Origin: Macrostomum lignano
Lineage: Eukaryota
Reading direction: 5' to 3'
Length of the DNA stretch: 64,000 nt
Assembly: GCA_002269645.1 (NCBI GenBank)
Contig: NIVC01002793.1
Location: forward strand, 62,001 to 126,000
Below are positions 62,037 to 64,000 of the stretch, piece after piece. The notes below the pieces were generated by a model. It searched no databases. It saw only the letters and a program-made list of their open reading frames with translations, and was not told where the DNA came from. Every line of letters starts with the position of its first letter. The first letter of the stretch is position 1. Both the position numbers and the translations under genes were made by a program.

Positions 62037-64000
62037 ATGGCAAGTTGGGGTGAGTGTGCTTGTAGCATTCATATAATAATGGGCCGTTGTTACGGTCGAA
62101 AAGTAGTTTAAACCAAACAAAATAATTGGTCATTTTTAGCGCCCTGGAAATTCTTCGTAGTCCTGGTTGCCACTCAGGTGTGCTTGGGCAGCGGTGAAGT
62201 TAGCAGTAAGTTACACGTGAATATTTTTAAACGTCACAATCTTTAGCTTATTTTTTGTGACAGAAGGCACTGTAGCTGTAGGCTTTACTATAAGACTTCT
62301 TTATTATGGCAAACAGTTTTAAGACACAATAATACGTGTGCATGCACTTGTTCTTGAGTTGATTGCCACATTGTTATCATAGATATAGCGTCATTGTTAG
62401 CAAAACCCTGGAACCGTAGTGTTACAAACGCATCAAGGTACAAACAATCTAGTAAAAATTCAACTAACTTAACTCGAGAAGGTACGAGAGAGGCATGAGA
62501 AAGAGTCCGCCGAGATTTTCCTGCAGGAGATTTGCCAGTCAGCTCTGAATATCTACATGTAAGGGTTGTTACAGAGTGTTGCTCATGCAGGAGCGTCATC
62601 TACCCAGATAGTATTCCGTGTTTGAACGTGGCATCCATGAATATGTTGTTATACAAGTGTATTGTTGCGCTGCTGGCGCAAAATCTATCAAGTTGTTCTC
62701 ACTTTTTGTTTCAGATTGTCCAATATTTCAACTTCTAAATGTTAGCACTCATGGTGCCATTGAAAGCCACTCGAACACTGATGATTACCTGAGCAGTTTG
62801 GCCTGCACCTGGCAGATCAACGCTCCTAGAGGCAAGAAAATTGCGGCCTGGTTCGATTTTGTTCATCTCAGTCCAGGAAATTATTCGTCCGTGACCGTAA
62901 TCGACGGAGAGAAAGGGTCGCGAGCGATTGGCAGAGTCGATGGGCGTGACGGTCGACACTTCTTGTCGCCAAAGTACATCTCTACTGGAAACGTTTTGTT
63001 AATCTATTTTCAAAATCCTGAAAGTAAATTTAATAGCGGTTTTCGACTTCACTACGAGGTTTCGGAAAGCTGTAAGTTTGCTAACTTGGTTTGATCTGTT
63101 AGAGATCACCGGACAAAAGCTATTGGTCAAAACCTCTGGAAAAATGCTGTTAGAGCCTTGGGTTTGCTCATCTCCACTAAATTCCGCTCCTCCTGTGGAT
63201 AGACAGCCTGTCCTGAAAAATCCTAACTGCTGATGTTTTTAGTGTATTGGGCGGAAGGGGATATGACTGGGTCAAAAATACTCTGTAGTACAGTTACTGC
63301 TTGCACCAATATTTATGGAGGGGTTTGCAGGATCTCCGAGGCTCTGGTGTCAGTCGCAGCAGTCTACTCCAAGAGGCAAGCGGACTGCTCGAACTTTTGC
63401 ACAATCTCGGAAAACAGTGGCGAAATCGCGAGCCACTCCAACGGCTGCAGCCGCCAGCGCTACGGCAATAATTTGGTGTGCAGCTGGCGGATAGCTGTAG
63501 CCCGGGGCAAGAGGGTGATGGCCTGGTTTGCTTACGTCGACCTAGAAGAAGCTTTTGACTGGGTCGCCCTGCTGGACGGTGACGGCGACAGTAAGTCAGG
63601 GCTGGTCGTGAAAGTCAGCAAATCTGCAGCTGCCAGATTCCAGTCGCCGATTTACGTTTCAACCGGTAGCAAAATGCTGGTAAAGTTCAAATCCGACTCC
63701 AGCGTTTCAGGGTATGGATTCCGGATGCACTTCAAAACTACCGAGAGTAGTGAGTACAATTAAAAAATTTTAATCGAGAAAATATGCTTGTCTCTTGACG
63801 CTAGTTCAATAGACCCTGGAAAGACGGGACAGGCGGTTCCAAAAATATTGATAAGCTATTTGACTGATTGACACAAGCAGGTTTTCATAGCTCTGTTTGC
63901 TTTTTAATCAAACAGCAAGGCAATTCTTGGTGCTCTTTGTTTATTTTTATCAGCTTCAAACGGCTCGTGCCTGGAAAAGTCGTGGCTGGATGCAGGGCAG
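62037..64000 (+). CDS. Secreted/membrane tandem-CUB-domain protein, 5' part: exons 62037-62049, 62140-62205, 62715-63071, about 63360-63749, and 63954 to beyond the window end
   Basis: Signal peptide MASWAPWKFFVVLVATQVCLG and two CUB domains (CTWQINAPRGKKI..F, YGNNLVCSWRI..FKSDSSVSGYGFRMHF) on phase 1-1 exons. The acceptor of the second CUB exon is ambiguous. Confidence 0.8.

Overview
This is a repeat-rich animal genomic window. GC-rich spliced genes with minisatellite-loaded introns suggest an invertebrate such as a free-living flatworm, but the host identity is inference only. (1) 1-9154 holds the right-hand part of an endogenous Polinton/Maverick-type dsDNA virus. It carries the whole virion-assembly module (adenain-like protease, A32-like packaging ATPase, major capsid, penton), five uncharacterised ORFs, subterminal repeats and a candidate ACTACTACT terminus. 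pPolB and integrase are not in the window. Its visible lesions are short homopolymer indels, and five of its genes have a poly-T+AG acceptor-like motif just before the ATG. (2) 9.6-18.6 kb contains a 4-exon tyrosinase gene and an intronless ZNF207/BuGZ gene embedded in minisatellites. (3) 18.6-40 kb is an AT-rich transposon graveyard with heavy C>T/G>A decay. It includes a mariner relic, P/hAT-type, Merlin and MULE-like elements, a Ulp1-protease+PHD pseudogene between long inverted repeats, a Penelope-type mini-insertion with two hammerhead ribozymes, and one intact mariner. (4) 42-58 kb is an 11-exon GPR158/GPR179-like class C GPCR gene whose introns hold foldback elements and a satellite that grew out of a transposon TIR. 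(5) 59.4-61.4 kb is a deleted Gypsy element. (6) From 62 kb to the end is the start of a secreted tandem-CUB protein gene. All calls come from reading motifs by eye; no searches were run.
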